Program-made: the position numbers and the translations under genes | From: Phycisphaeraceae bacterium | GTDB taxonomy: Bacteria > Planctomycetota > Phycisphaerae > Phycisphaerales > Phycisphaeraceae | Direction: 5' to 3' | Assembly: GCA_963674705.1 (NCBI GenBank) | Contig: OY771506.1 | Coordinates: forward strand, 4,576,001 to 4,640,000 | DNA length: 64,000 bases | The notes under the pieces: model-generated | The model's database searches: none | What the model was told of the DNA's origin: nothing | Seen by the model: the letters and a program-made list of their open reading frames with translations, nothing else | Shown: positions 32,652 through 41,959 of the stretch, piece by piece | Position numbering within the stretch: position 1 is the first letter of the stretch | Layout of the letters: every line of letters starts with the position of its first letter

Positions 32652-34375
32652 CGTTGTGCGCCCCCGTTGCTATCCGGCTTGCCGGGATGGACTCGCAGTG
32701 TCGCGATGGTTCCGATGAAGTCGCCGCCGATCGTGGTGGGCGCTTGTGGCGGGGCTGTGGCGGTGGAGGTAGGGCCGAGGTTGACGGTCAGCGATTGTGT
32801 TTGGCCGTCGACTATCATGTGCATGACTTCGTTTTCAACCCAGACGGTGAATGTGTGCGGCCGGCCGTCGTCAACGCGCTGATCGCTGAAGAGGGTTTTG
32901 TCGTCATCCTTACCGGGGCCCATGACGTTGAAGTAGAGCTTGCCTTTGTAGCTTCGATCGGATCGACCGATGGTCACGGCGAAGCCACCGAGGCTGTTCA
33001 TGTTGTCGAGGATGAAGCGGTTGGGGCCGTCTTCGTTTGGCGGGGTCTGGAACGCGCCGGTGATGGTAAAGTCACTCCGGCCGTGCTGGAACAGCGGGTT
33101 ACTCGAATCGATCGACACGCCCGACTGGCTCATGCTGAATTGCGTGGGGCGGCTGATGATCGTGCCGTCGTCCTTGATTTCCAGGTCACGGACCGGTTGC
33201 GTTGTTGCTGGTGGGTCCCAGATCGTGCAGGCGATGAACTCGTCCGGATGCTCAACGGTGGTGTGGTAGTAGATTGCGAGTATTTTACCGTCGCTGCGTA
33301 AGGCGGCGCGGATGTAGCCAAGGTCCCACTCACGGCCGTTATCCTGGAGGACGAATTCTTTCGACCATGACTTGCCTGCATCTTCACTGATCTTGGCGCG
33401 TACGCCGTAGGGTTCGTTGCGGTAGCCATAGATGGCGGCGACGCGTCCGTTACCGAGGTCGATGAGGCTTGCGGGGTTGTTGTTGCGATTGAAGATAATG
33501 CTTCGTCTTTTCCAGGTATTGCCGGAGTCTGTCGAGGCTCTGAGGTCGGTCCACTTGTGTCGTCCGATGCTCCATCGCACAGCGGCGAGCATGGTGCCAT
33601 CGTCGAGCATCGTCACGCCGGGCATGCATGCGTAAGCAGGTTTTGCCTGACTGATTTCGAGTCCTTCTAAAGGATCGGGCGTGAGCCAGGCGATGCGGTT
33701 GAATGTCTTGCCGGCGTCGGTTGTCTTCATCACCATGATGCGCAGGTGTTCGCCCTGATCGTATGGGATGTCGGTTGCTTCGTAGAAGAGAATCGCTGTT
33801 TGAGAATCAATGACGAGGTAGTTGGTCCGAGCCTTGATGAAACGCTTGTCGGCGTGGGGGAGCTGGTACGGTCCTTGCCAGTTGTGGCCGCGATTGTATG
33901 AATACCAGAACCTATCGCCACGGGCTTTGAGCGCGAAGTCCGGATGCGTAAAGTTGATGTTGCCGGGGCTGGGAAGAGCGTCGGGGATCGGCTTGAAACC
34001 GGGGCGCTGAACGTAATAGCCATCTTCTGCGAAGTAGCCGGGGATGCTCACTTCCGGATGTGCTTCGATCGTCCAGGTTTCGCCGCCATCGGTGCTGCGA
34101 GCGAAGTTGACCCACATGTAGGCTTCTTTATCGACGTTGTGGTAATCGTCACGCTGTTTGACGCGCGTGACGTTGAAGCCGACGAGTACTTCATCTCCCC
34201 ACCGCCACAAGCCTTCATTGGCGGGCCAGCCTGCGAACTCGTTTTCGCCTGAGTAGATCACGCTGTGTTCGATGTCTTCTGCAATAGCACAACCTGCCAG
34301 CAGGTGCAGGCATAGGAGAACTGCGAATAAAGGCAGAATGTAACGAGCCGCTTGATTGACATCCTTGAACTTCAT
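32648..34375 (-). CDS. Secreted BNR/Asp-box sialidase-like protein with C-terminal LamG-like domain
   Basis: Signal peptide (possible lipobox LAGC); Asp boxes STDGGETW, STDSGNTW, SEDAGKSW; FAGWPANEG; DLGY. Confidence 0.8.
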   Translation of the reverse strand: MKFKDVNQAARYILPLFAVLLCLHLLAGCAIAEDIEHSVIYSGENEFAGWPANEGLWRWGDEVLVGFNVTRVKQRDDYHNVDKEAYMWVNFARSTDGGETWTIEAHPEVSIPGYFAEDGYYVQRPGFKPIPDALPSPGNINFTHPDFALKARGDRFWYSYNRGHNWQGPYQLPHADKRFIKARTNYLVIDSQTAILFYEATDIPYDQGEHLRIMVMKTTDAGKTFNRIAWLTPDPLEGLEISQAKPAYACMPGVTMLDDGTMLAAVRWSIGRHKWTDLRASTDSGNTWKRRSIIFNRNNNPASLIDLGNGRVAAIYGYRNEPYGVRAKISEDAGKSWSKEFVLQDNGREWDLGYIRAALRSDGKILAIYYHTTVEHPDEFIACTIWDPPATTQPVRDLEIKDDGTIISRPTQFSMSQSGVSIDSSNPLFQHGRSDFTITGAFQTPPNEDGPNRFILDNMNSLGGFAVTIGRSDRSYKGKLYFNVMGPGKDDDKTLFSDQRVDDGRPHTFTVWVENEVMHMIVDGQTQSLTVNLGPTSTATAPPQAPTTIGGDFIGTIATLRVHPGKPDSNGGAQR

Positions 34376-34396
34376 GTATGAATTCGCCCTTTTCGA

Positions 34397-35566
34397 TTAC
34401 TTATCCGTTAACTCGTCGTTGGAAACGTGGACCAGACGCACCTCGCGGCGGTCGCGGTCGTATGCCACCAGCAACTGTCCATCCTGAGTCACAACAGCAT
34501 GCGGGTATGCGCAGCGAGCCCCTTCAGCGAGGACACGCTTGGTTTTCCATGTCTGCATCTGATCGTCACTGATCCACATCGCAAGCGGATCACGACTGCC
34601 CCGGCCGCCGATCTTTCCGCCTGTCGGATTCAGGAATAAGGCGATCCGGTTGCCGGGCAAAGCAAGCAGTTGCGCCATCGACGACGGGTTCTTGATCCCG
34701 GTTGCCACAGCGGGCGTCCAGCTCTGGCCGCGGTCCGTGCTTTCCGAACGCCAGAGGAAACCGCCCCACTCGGCACGCATGAGCATGATAAGTTTGCCGT
34801 CGGATAGCTGCACGACCGATGGTTCAATCAGACCGAGCGGACGGTTGTCGATCCGGCCCAGTGGTTCGATCGTCTTCGCGGTCTCATTAGAGCCGAATGC
34901 CATGCAGCCGTGCAGGAAACGTGAGAACTTATTCGTGTTCAGCTCCGGATACTTATTCGCAAGTGCGACGGCTTCGGCTTCGTTATTTGCCTGCGCGATC
35001 GCCGTATAGTCGCCATGCAGTGGAGCATCTCGCTTTTGGAAGAAGGTGCCCGGGAACAACCACGACCCATCATCCAGCTGGATGCGACGCCCCAGTGAGG
35101 CGTAATTATCCAGCAATGTGAAACGCTCGGGCTGCGTCCACGTTTTGCCGTTGTCGTTCGACACCATGCGGAAGTAGTACCACGTCGTGTACTCGTCCTC
35201 ACTGGGCCAGTATGCACCGAGTGCAACAAGCGTGCCATCTGACATCGTGAACATGTTCGTCACATGCGAAGCATCTTCACCGCATGGGACAAGGATGCTC
35301 GGCTGCGACCACGTATTGCCGCCGTCGGTCGAACGTGCGATCAGTACACAATTGTCTGTCGCGGGCTCGCTGTCGGTCCCGCTTAACCAGGAGATCAGCA
35401 GGTCGCCGTTAGCCGCTTCAGCCAGGTTCACCGCACAAGCAAGACGATAGGTTACACCACTGTGCATCCAACCTTCATGACCATCGAATACCGTCACTTC
35501 ACGCACTCCAGCCGAGAGTGGTGTGATGATGAACATCAGGATTAACAGGGATAAAAATAGTCGCAT
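34397..35566 (-). CDS. Secreted BNR/sialidase-like beta-propeller
   Basis: Asp boxes STDGGNTW, SNDNGKTW, STDRGQSW, SDDQMQTW; IEPS..MR, RDPL and AYP. Confidence 0.82.
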   Translation of the reverse strand: MRLFLSLLILMFIITPLSAGVREVTVFDGHEGWMHSGVTYRLACAVNLAEAANGDLLISWLSGTDSEPATDNCVLIARSTDGGNTWSQPSILVPCGEDASHVTNMFTMSDGTLVALGAYWPSEDEYTTWYYFRMVSNDNGKTWTQPERFTLLDNYASLGRRIQLDDGSWLFPGTFFQKRDAPLHGDYTAIAQANNEAEAVALANKYPELNTNKFSRFLHGCMAFGSNETAKTIEPLGRIDNRPLGLIEPSVVQLSDGKLIMLMRAEWGGFLWRSESTDRGQSWTPAVATGIKNPSSMAQLLALPGNRIALFLNPTGGKIGGRGSRDPLAMWISDDQMQTWKTKRVLAEGARCAYPHAVVTQDGQLLVAYDRDRREVRLVHVSNDELTDK

Positions 35567-35610
35567 AATGCTTCTGGTGTGCGGTTTTAGTACACGAGCA
35601 GATAAGTCGT

Positions 35611-37734
35611 TTACCGGCGTCTACACGCAACGATCATTGAGGCTATTGCCAATAGCCCCAGTGTGCCGGGTTCGGGCACTGCGGATAAGGGTGGTGAACC
35701 CGCGTTCCAATTGCTGAGTACGAGATCGAGGTCATCCAGGCCGACGAAGCCGTCGCCCGTGGGATCACCTTCGGATAATTCGCCTGCGGTGACGTTCGTG
35801 TTCCAGTGGCTGAGGACGATGTCAAGGTCGTCGAGGCCGACGAAGCCGTCGCCGTCGAGATCGCCTTCGAGTAGATCGAGTGACAAACCCTGCCATGCCT
35901 CGAACAATCCGCCTCCGATGAGCGTACCGTTACCGTCGATGGCAGCGGTCAGCGCGGTGTTGAAGATCTGCCAATCGTCGAGCGAGCCTTGGAAAGGCTT
36001 TTGTGAAGAGCCGCGCATGCCCATCTGTGCGACGACGCTGGCAGGGGCGGTAGCAGTGCTTTGAGCCTGCATGGTACCGGTATCCTGCTGCAAGACGCCG
36101 TCGACGTACATCGAGATTTCGCCGCCGTTCTGCATGACAGCGACCCAGTGCCAATCGCCGTCATCGATGCGGGAATCGGAAAAGACCTGCGTCTGGTTGA
36201 ACACGGAGCTGCTGCCGCCGCCGACGGTGAAGAAGACTTCACCGGCATAGCTGCGGTCGGCGCGGCCTACTTCGAAGACCCAGCCGCCGCCGGCGTAATC
36301 GATGTTCTGGAAGATCGGCATGTTGCCGTAGACGCCGGTTTCAGTATTCGTGGGCATCTTCACCCAGCCGGCGATCGTGAAGTTATCCGTCCCGAGATTG
36401 AAAGCGCTATTGTCATCGAATGTCACATTGGACGTTGTGCCGTTGAACACGCCGGCGTTGCCGTGGTCTGTATCGATGGTGCTGGAGCTGAATACGACAT
36501 CCTGCGCGGTCCCGTTTGTGGAACCGATGCTGTCGTTCAAAGTCGAGCCCGAAGATTCATCGAACTTGTACCACGTGCTGATGGATTCGGCCGATGTTTT
36601 CGGGATATCCCAGATTGTGCTGGCGATGTAGTTGGCTTGCAGATCGTTGGTCGTGTAGTAGTAGACAGCGGTGATATTGCCGTCACTTCGCAATCCGCTG
36701 CGGACGTAGCCGATGTCCCACTCGCGGCCGTCGTCTCGAAGGATGTATTCCTGCGACCAGGTTTGTCCGCCATCTTCGCTGATCTTGCCGCGCAGGCCGT
36801 ACGGTGCGTTGCGGTAGCCGTAGACCATGCCAAGGCGCTGTCCACCGAGTGAGACGATGCTGACGGGATTGTTATTGCCGGAGACCGGCGTGCTGATAGT
36901 AGACCATGTGTTGCCGCCGTCTGTTGAAGCTCGCAGATCGTTCCAGCTCTGCGAGGCCAGTCGGTTGCGGACACCAGCCAGCATCGTGCCGTCATCAAGC
37001 TGCAACACACTTGGCATAACAGCATACGCAGGTAGTGACGATGTCGTATGGCCCATTAATGGATCATTCGAAAGCCAGGAAAGCTGCTGGAACGTCTGGC
37101 CTCCATCGGTGGTCTGCACGACCATTGTATTGATGTACTCACCGCTGCTGGGCGGGTAGTCCGTCGCTTCGATGAACATCACAAGCGTTTGCGAATCGAT
37201 GGCCAGGTAGTTTGTGCGAGCTTCCAGGTAATCCATGCCGAACGTCGGCAAGCTATAGGGATCGGACCAGGATTGTCCCTTGTCGGATGAAACCTGGAAG
37301 ATCCCGTTGCGAGACTTAAGCGTGAAGCCTTCAGCGGTAAAGTCGAATCCGCCGGGGCTTGCTACGGCTGCGGGGATAGCGCTATAGCTTGGGTCCTTGA
37401 CATAGTTAGGGCCGTTGAAGAACCCGGGGATACTCACTTCGGGATGCGTTTCAATCGTCCAGGTTTCGCCGCCATCGTAACTGCGAGAAAACTGAACGCA
37501 TTGATACGCGCCGGGGACGACGTTGTGGCCTGTCTGTTCCTGGTAGGCCGTCACGTTGTAGGCGACGAGCATCTCATCGCCCCACTGCCAGAACCCTTCA
37601 TTGGCGGGCCAACCGGCGAACAACTGCGGATCACTGAACACGACGTCGTGCTCCACCTGGGCGATCTGCCCGAGGGCCAGCGACGCAAACAGGAGCGGAA
37701 CCGTGATGAATAAACTTCTGAACATACGTATCAC
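35611..37734 (-). CDS. Sialidase-like propeller + LamG + dockerin-like + PEP-CTERM surface protein
   Basis: FAGWPANEG and five Asp-box-like motifs; WYKFDESSG...DGDWHWVAV; GDLDGDGFVGLDDLD pair; VPEPGTL...RRR. Confidence 0.85.
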   Translation of the reverse strand: MIRMFRSLFITVPLLFASLALGQIAQVEHDVVFSDPQLFAGWPANEGFWQWGDEMLVAYNVTAYQEQTGHNVVPGAYQCVQFSRSYDGGETWTIETHPEVSIPGFFNGPNYVKDPSYSAIPAAVASPGGFDFTAEGFTLKSRNGIFQVSSDKGQSWSDPYSLPTFGMDYLEARTNYLAIDSQTLVMFIEATDYPPSSGEYINTMVVQTTDGGQTFQQLSWLSNDPLMGHTTSSLPAYAVMPSVLQLDDGTMLAGVRNRLASQSWNDLRASTDGGNTWSTISTPVSGNNNPVSIVSLGGQRLGMVYGYRNAPYGLRGKISEDGGQTWSQEYILRDDGREWDIGYVRSGLRSDGNITAVYYYTTNDLQANYIASTIWDIPKTSAESISTWYKFDESSGSTLNDSIGSTNGTAQDVVFSSSTIDTDHGNAGVFNGTTSNVTFDDNSAFNLGTDNFTIAGWVKMPTNTETGVYGNMPIFQNIDYAGGGWVFEVGRADRSYAGEVFFTVGGGSSSVFNQTQVFSDSRIDDGDWHWVAVMQNGGEISMYVDGVLQQDTGTMQAQSTATAPASVVAQMGMRGSSQKPFQGSLDDWQIFNTALTAAIDGNGTLIGGGLFEAWQGLSLDLLEGDLDGDGFVGLDDLDIVLSHWNTNVTAGELSEGDPTGDGFVGLDDLDLVLSNWNAGSPPLSAVPEPGTLGLLAIASMIVACRRR

Positions 37735-37742
37735 TCACTTCG

Positions 37743-38894
37743 TTAATCTGCTGTGTGCTTCGCAGGATTCCAGATGGTGGCGGCGATATGGTTCGCCGGC
37801 TTATCTTGCGTTGTGTAGTAGTAAACGATCAGCACTCGGCCATCGTTACGAACGGCTGCGCGGACGTAGCCCAGGTCCCATTCACGGGCATCATCTCTAA
37901 GGATGACTTCATCGGACCATGTCCTGCCCGCATCTTCGCTGATCTTGCCACGAATCCCGTAAGGCTCTGCACGGTAGCCATACACGACGGCGACACGATC
38001 GCCACCCAGGTTGAGTAGAGACGCGGGGTTGTTGTTGTTATCGAACGCGGTGCTGCGCTTCTGCCAGGTTCGGCCGGCGTCGGTAGATGCGACGACATCA
38101 CACCATTTATGACGACTGACTCGGTTGCGCATCGCCGCGAGGATCGTGCCGTCGTCCAGCTCCACGACGCCCGGCATCAGGGAGAACACGGGTTCGCCCG
38201 GCTTCGCGCCATCGAACTGTCGCGGGTCATCGGTCAGCCATGAGACAAAGTGGAAGCTCTTACCGCCGTCGGTTGTTTCGGCCATCATGGTTCGGCCGTG
38301 CTCGCCCTGCGATAACGGGATCGCCGCGGCGGAGAAGAACAGCCGACACGTCTTGCTGTCGACAACCAGGTAATTCGTGCGAGCTGTCAGGACGTGTTGC
38401 CCGAAGTCGGGCAGGACGAAGGGGCCGTCCCAGTTGTGGCCGCGATCGTTGGATACATAGAACTTCGAGCCGCGGATCTTCATCGCAAAGTCTGGATGCG
38501 TAAAGTCGATCCCACCGGGGCATGGTCGAGGTTCGGCGACGCCCTCTCGCGTCTGTACGTAACGCGTCGGATCACCCAAGTATTCAGGCGGCGCGATTTC
38601 CAAATGTTCCTCGGGCTTCCACGTCAGGCCGCCATCCATGCTGCGGGCAAAAGCGATGCGTTTGGTGGCTTCACGATCGACGTTGTGGTTGTCGTCATGC
38701 TCCGAATAGGCGGAGACCTCGAACGCGACGAGCACCTCATCGCCCCACTGCCACAACCCTTCATTGGCGGGCCAGCCGGCGAATTCTTTATCGTTTGCGT
38801 AAACCACCACGTGCCGGACATCCGCAGCAACCTGGGCCATCAACAGGCTAGGCCACAGGATGGTGAGCAAGCATAAAACAACGCGCATTCTCAT
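37743..38894 (-). CDS. Secreted BNR/sialidase-like protein (paralog of the 32648 and 35611 catalytic domains)
   Basis: FAGWPANEG, SMDGGLTW, STDAGRTW, SEDAGRTW and REWDLGY. Confidence 0.82.
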   Translation of the reverse strand: MRMRVVLCLLTILWPSLLMAQVAADVRHVVVYANDKEFAGWPANEGLWQWGDEVLVAFEVSAYSEHDDNHNVDREATKRIAFARSMDGGLTWKPEEHLEIAPPEYLGDPTRYVQTREGVAEPRPCPGGIDFTHPDFAMKIRGSKFYVSNDRGHNWDGPFVLPDFGQHVLTARTNYLVVDSKTCRLFFSAAAIPLSQGEHGRTMMAETTDGGKSFHFVSWLTDDPRQFDGAKPGEPVFSLMPGVVELDDGTILAAMRNRVSRHKWCDVVASTDAGRTWQKRSTAFDNNNNPASLLNLGGDRVAVVYGYRAEPYGIRGKISEDAGRTWSDEVILRDDAREWDLGYVRAAVRNDGRVLIVYYYTTQDKPANHIAATIWNPAKHTAD

Positions 38895-38915
38895 CGATTC
38901 CTTCTAATAGTGGTT

Positions 38916-39740
38916 TTATTCAGACACAGGCATGAGGAACTGGTAACTGAGGCGTTGTGACGGACCGGTCACGGTTTCCATGACCTCATCACTGCCTAGG
39001 TAGGTTGTTGCATGCCCGTCTTTGAATGCGAAGTTGCCTTCCGTGTATACACGGACATTGTCGGTGGGGCTTCTAACCCAATATTGTGAAGCGATCCAGG
39101 CGTTGTTGTAATCCGCTTCATCCGATCCGACATTGAAACTACCGCCACGAAGCGGATGATTGAAACGTGTGTAAGCACTGGCTTGCCAGGAGACGCGATC
39201 AGAAGCGATCACCTCGACTTTGTAGTCGCCGTACTCCCAGATGTCTGCTGTATTGGTCCACACACCACTACCGCCGTTTTGTCGCCACATCGGGTCCGAA
39301 TACTTGCCATCCTTATAATCACAGAAGTATCCCGGGATCAGTTGATAGTCGGTATACAGCCGTTTCGATGCGACAGGGATCGCGGCCTCCGACTTGTCCC
39401 ACTCCGGCTGGAAAGGACAACTGAAGAAGTTGGCACTGCCCATGTACTGGGTATACAGCGACCGTACATCGTGTTCGGGCTGGCCGGTATTACGAGATAA
39501 CTGTTCCGGGACACCGGTGTCGCCGAGAACTTCGTACAAGTGCATCGGCAGGCGTTGTGAATCGGCTTCGTAGCTGATCATTGCCAGGGCGACCTGCCTG
39601 ATATTGGATAGGCACTTCACGTTGGTTGCTGTTTTACGCGCTGCGCCGAGGGCGGGCAGAAGAATTCCGACCAACACGGCAATGATACTGATGACCACGA
39701 GCAGTTCGATCAGTGTGAAGGCTCTGCGATAGCAATCCAT
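38916..39740 (-). CDS. Prepilin-type N-terminal cleavage/methylation protein (DUF1559-like)
   Basis: RRAFTLIELLVVISIIAVLVGILLPALGAAR..CLSNIRQ; C-terminal GNFAFKDGHA. Confidence 0.9.
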   Translation of the reverse strand: MDCYRRAFTLIELLVVISIIAVLVGILLPALGAARKTATNVKCLSNIRQVALAMISYEADSQRLPMHLYEVLGDTGVPEQLSRNTGQPEHDVRSLYTQYMGSANFFSCPFQPEWDKSEAAIPVASKRLYTDYQLIPGYFCDYKDGKYSDPMWRQNGGSGVWTNTADIWEYGDYKVEVIASDRVSWQASAYTRFNHPLRGGSFNVGSDEADYNNAWIASQYWVRSPTDNVRVYTEGNFAFKDGHATTYLGSDEVMETVTGPSQRLSYQFLMPVSE

Positions 39741-39772
39741 TTCTAAACTCCATTGCTTCGATGGGTTCGGCG

Positions 39773-39801
39773 GCAGCCGTGGTGGAGGGAGCCACGGCTG
39801 C
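39773..39801. other. Intergenic stem-loop (10-bp stem, no U-tract)
   Basis: GCAGCCGTGG 39773-39782 pairs with CCACGGCTGC 39792-39801. Confidence 0.7.
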
Positions 39802-39835
39802 GGCCTGTAACCCTTTCAATTCCTAATCACGGATC

Positions 39836-40690
39836 TCAATCCGTTTTTCGCCTCAAAACCGCGGCGCCCGTGCCCAACATGAGCAGCGATAATGACGCCG
39901 GTTCCGGTACCTGCCACACGTCGAACAAGGCGCCGCCAGTCAGCGTGCCATTGCCGTCGGCGGTAACACTCAAGGCTTCGTCGTAGACGCGCCAATCATC
40001 GAGGCTGCCGTCGTACAACGCCTGCGCCGTACCGCGTGCACCGAACTGCGCCACCGTCCCCGCTGGCGACGTCGCCGTGCTCGTGCCTGATACGAGCGCC
40101 CCCGTGTCTGTTTGAAGTACACCATCGATGTACATGTTGATGTTTCCGCCACTGTTGGTTACAGCGACCCAGTGCCATTGATCGTCATCCACGCGACCGT
40201 CGGAGAAGACCTGAGTCTGGTTGAAGGATGAACTGCTTCCGCCGCCGACGGTGAAGAAGATCTCTCCTCCATAGCTGCGGTCGCCGCGGCCGATCTCGAA
40301 TACCCAGCCGCCGCCGGCGTAGTTGATATTCTGGAAGACCGGCTTGTTGCCGAACACACCCATGGTGGTATTGGTCGGCATCTTTAACCATCCGGTGATG
40401 GTGAAGTCGCCCGTGCCGAGGTCGAGGCTGGCCGGCTCACCGAGTGTGACTTCTGAAGTCGTGCCGTTAAAGACGCCGGCATTACCCAGGCCGCTGCCGG
40501 TCACGCCCGCGCTGCTGGCGACAAACGAAAGGTCTGTCGCTGTGCCGTCCGCCGTTCCGACGCTGTCCGCGACAACGTTGCCGGACGATTCGTCAAAGCT
40601 GTACTGGGCGATCAGGCCCGCATTGGCTGAAAGTGTGCCGAGCATCATGGCTGCTGCAGTAGCTCCGATTGCATAGAAACTGCGTTTCAT
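39836..40690 (-). CDS. LamG-like jelly-roll PEP-CTERM protein
   Basis: Signal peptide; YSFDESSG, FTITGW, DDQWHWVAV, GSLDDWRVY; VPEPASL...RRK. Confidence 0.88.
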   Translation of the reverse strand: MKRSFYAIGATAAAMMLGTLSANAGLIAQYSFDESSGNVVADSVGTADGTATDLSFVASSAGVTGSGLGNAGVFNGTTSEVTLGEPASLDLGTGDFTITGWLKMPTNTTMGVFGNKPVFQNINYAGGGWVFEIGRGDRSYGGEIFFTVGGGSSSSFNQTQVFSDGRVDDDQWHWVAVTNSGGNINMYIDGVLQTDTGALVSGTSTATSPAGTVAQFGARGTAQALYDGSLDDWRVYDEALSVTADGNGTLTGGALFDVWQVPEPASLSLLMLGTGAAVLRRKTD

Positions 40691-40719
40691 TTCTTTCTCC
40701 TTTGTGTTTATCCTCCAGG

Positions 40720-40766
40720 CACCCTGTCGCTCGCGCTATAGGCGTAGCTATAGCGCAAGCAGGGTG
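40720..40766. other. Long intergenic stem-loop
   Basis: CACCCTG/CAGGGTG outer stem; GCGCTATAG 40733-40741 / CTATAGCGC 40748-40756 inner stem. Confidence 0.7.
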
Positions 40767-40783
40767 AAACCTCGAGTCGTTTT

Positions 40784-41842
40784 TTAGTGACGTCGAATGA
40801 CTGCCAGGCCGCCAAGCCCCATGATCGCAAGTGCTGCAGGTTCGGGGACCGATGCCGCTGCGGGTGTACCTGCGTTCCAGTTATTCAGCACGATATCCAG
40901 GTCATCCAAACCCACAAAGCCATCGTTGGACGGATCGCCGTCTGGCCACGAGCCTGCGGTGACATTGGCGTTCCAGTTGTTCAGGATGATGTCAAGGTCG
41001 TCCAGGCCGACAAAGCCGTCGTCGTTGAGATCGCCATCAAGTTGAACACTGGCGCCGGTCTGCCAGACATCGTAGAGATCGCCACCGATCAGGTAGTTGC
41101 TGCCGTCGAGTGTTACGCTGAGCGATTCGTCGTAGACACGCCAATCGTCAAGGCTGCCTTCGTATGGTTGCTGTGCAAACCCACGGGCACCGAACTGTGC
41201 GATGATCCCTTCCGGTGAAGTGGCGGTGCTGATCCCATCCACGAGTGCGCCGGTGTCGACCTGCAGCAGGCCGTCGATGTACATATTGGTGTTCCCGCCG
41301 GTGTTGGTCACGGCAACCCAGTGCCACTGATCATCATCAACGCGACCATCGGAGAAGACCTGAGTCTGGTTGAAGTCCGAACTTGGCCCCCCACCGACGG
41401 TGAAGAATATCTCGCCGGCATAGCTGCGGTCGTTTCGGCCGACCTCGAAGACGAAGCCACCGCCGGCATAGCTGATATTCTGGAATACGGGGCGGTTGCC
41501 GTAGACACCTTCCTCTTGATTTGTAGGCATTTTGAACCAGCCGGCGATCGTGAAGTCACCGGTGCCCAGATCAAGCGCCTCCGGCTCGCCGAGTGATACC
41601 TCAGATGAGTAACCATTGAATACACCGGCGTTGCCCAGGTCGGCGCCGCCAACCCCTGCGCCGCTAGCGGCGAAGGTCAGGTCCGTCGCTGTGCCGTCGT
41701 TGGACCCGGCGCTGTCGCTGACGGTTGTGCCTGAGGTTTCATTGAATTCGTAATGTGCTACCAGTGTGCCCCGGGCCGAGCCGGCGCTTAATCCCAGCAG
41801 ACAAGCGGTCGTCACCGCCACCATTGTTTGTGACTTCTGCAT
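40784..41842 (-). CDS. LamG-like + dockerin-like + PEP-CTERM protein
   Basis: SD GGAGGAG; close paralog of 39836 with an added GDLNDDGFVGLDDLD pair; VPEPAAL...RRH. Confidence 0.88.
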   Translation of the reverse strand: MQKSQTMVAVTTACLLGLSAGSARGTLVAHYEFNETSGTTVSDSAGSNDGTATDLTFAASGAGVGGADLGNAGVFNGYSSEVSLGEPEALDLGTGDFTIAGWFKMPTNQEEGVYGNRPVFQNISYAGGGFVFEVGRNDRSYAGEIFFTVGGGPSSDFNQTQVFSDGRVDDDQWHWVAVTNTGGNTNMYIDGLLQVDTGALVDGISTATSPEGIIAQFGARGFAQQPYEGSLDDWRVYDESLSVTLDGSNYLIGGDLYDVWQTGASVQLDGDLNDDGFVGLDDLDIILNNWNANVTAGSWPDGDPSNDGFVGLDDLDIVLNNWNAGTPAAASVPEPAALAIMGLGGLAVIRRH

Positions 41843-41959
41843 AACGGGTGTTCTCCTCCAAGTCATTTGATGTGATAGATTGTCGTGTGATAGTCAAGCT
41901 GATACAGGTTTGATGGACCTGCGTTGACAACGGGTATCCGGATCAGGCGTCACCGACGG

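Noticed and set aside
41871..41893. TGTGATAG direct repeat upstream of gene 40784
   Set aside because: Only two 8-bp copies with no supporting copy found elsewhere; could be chance.
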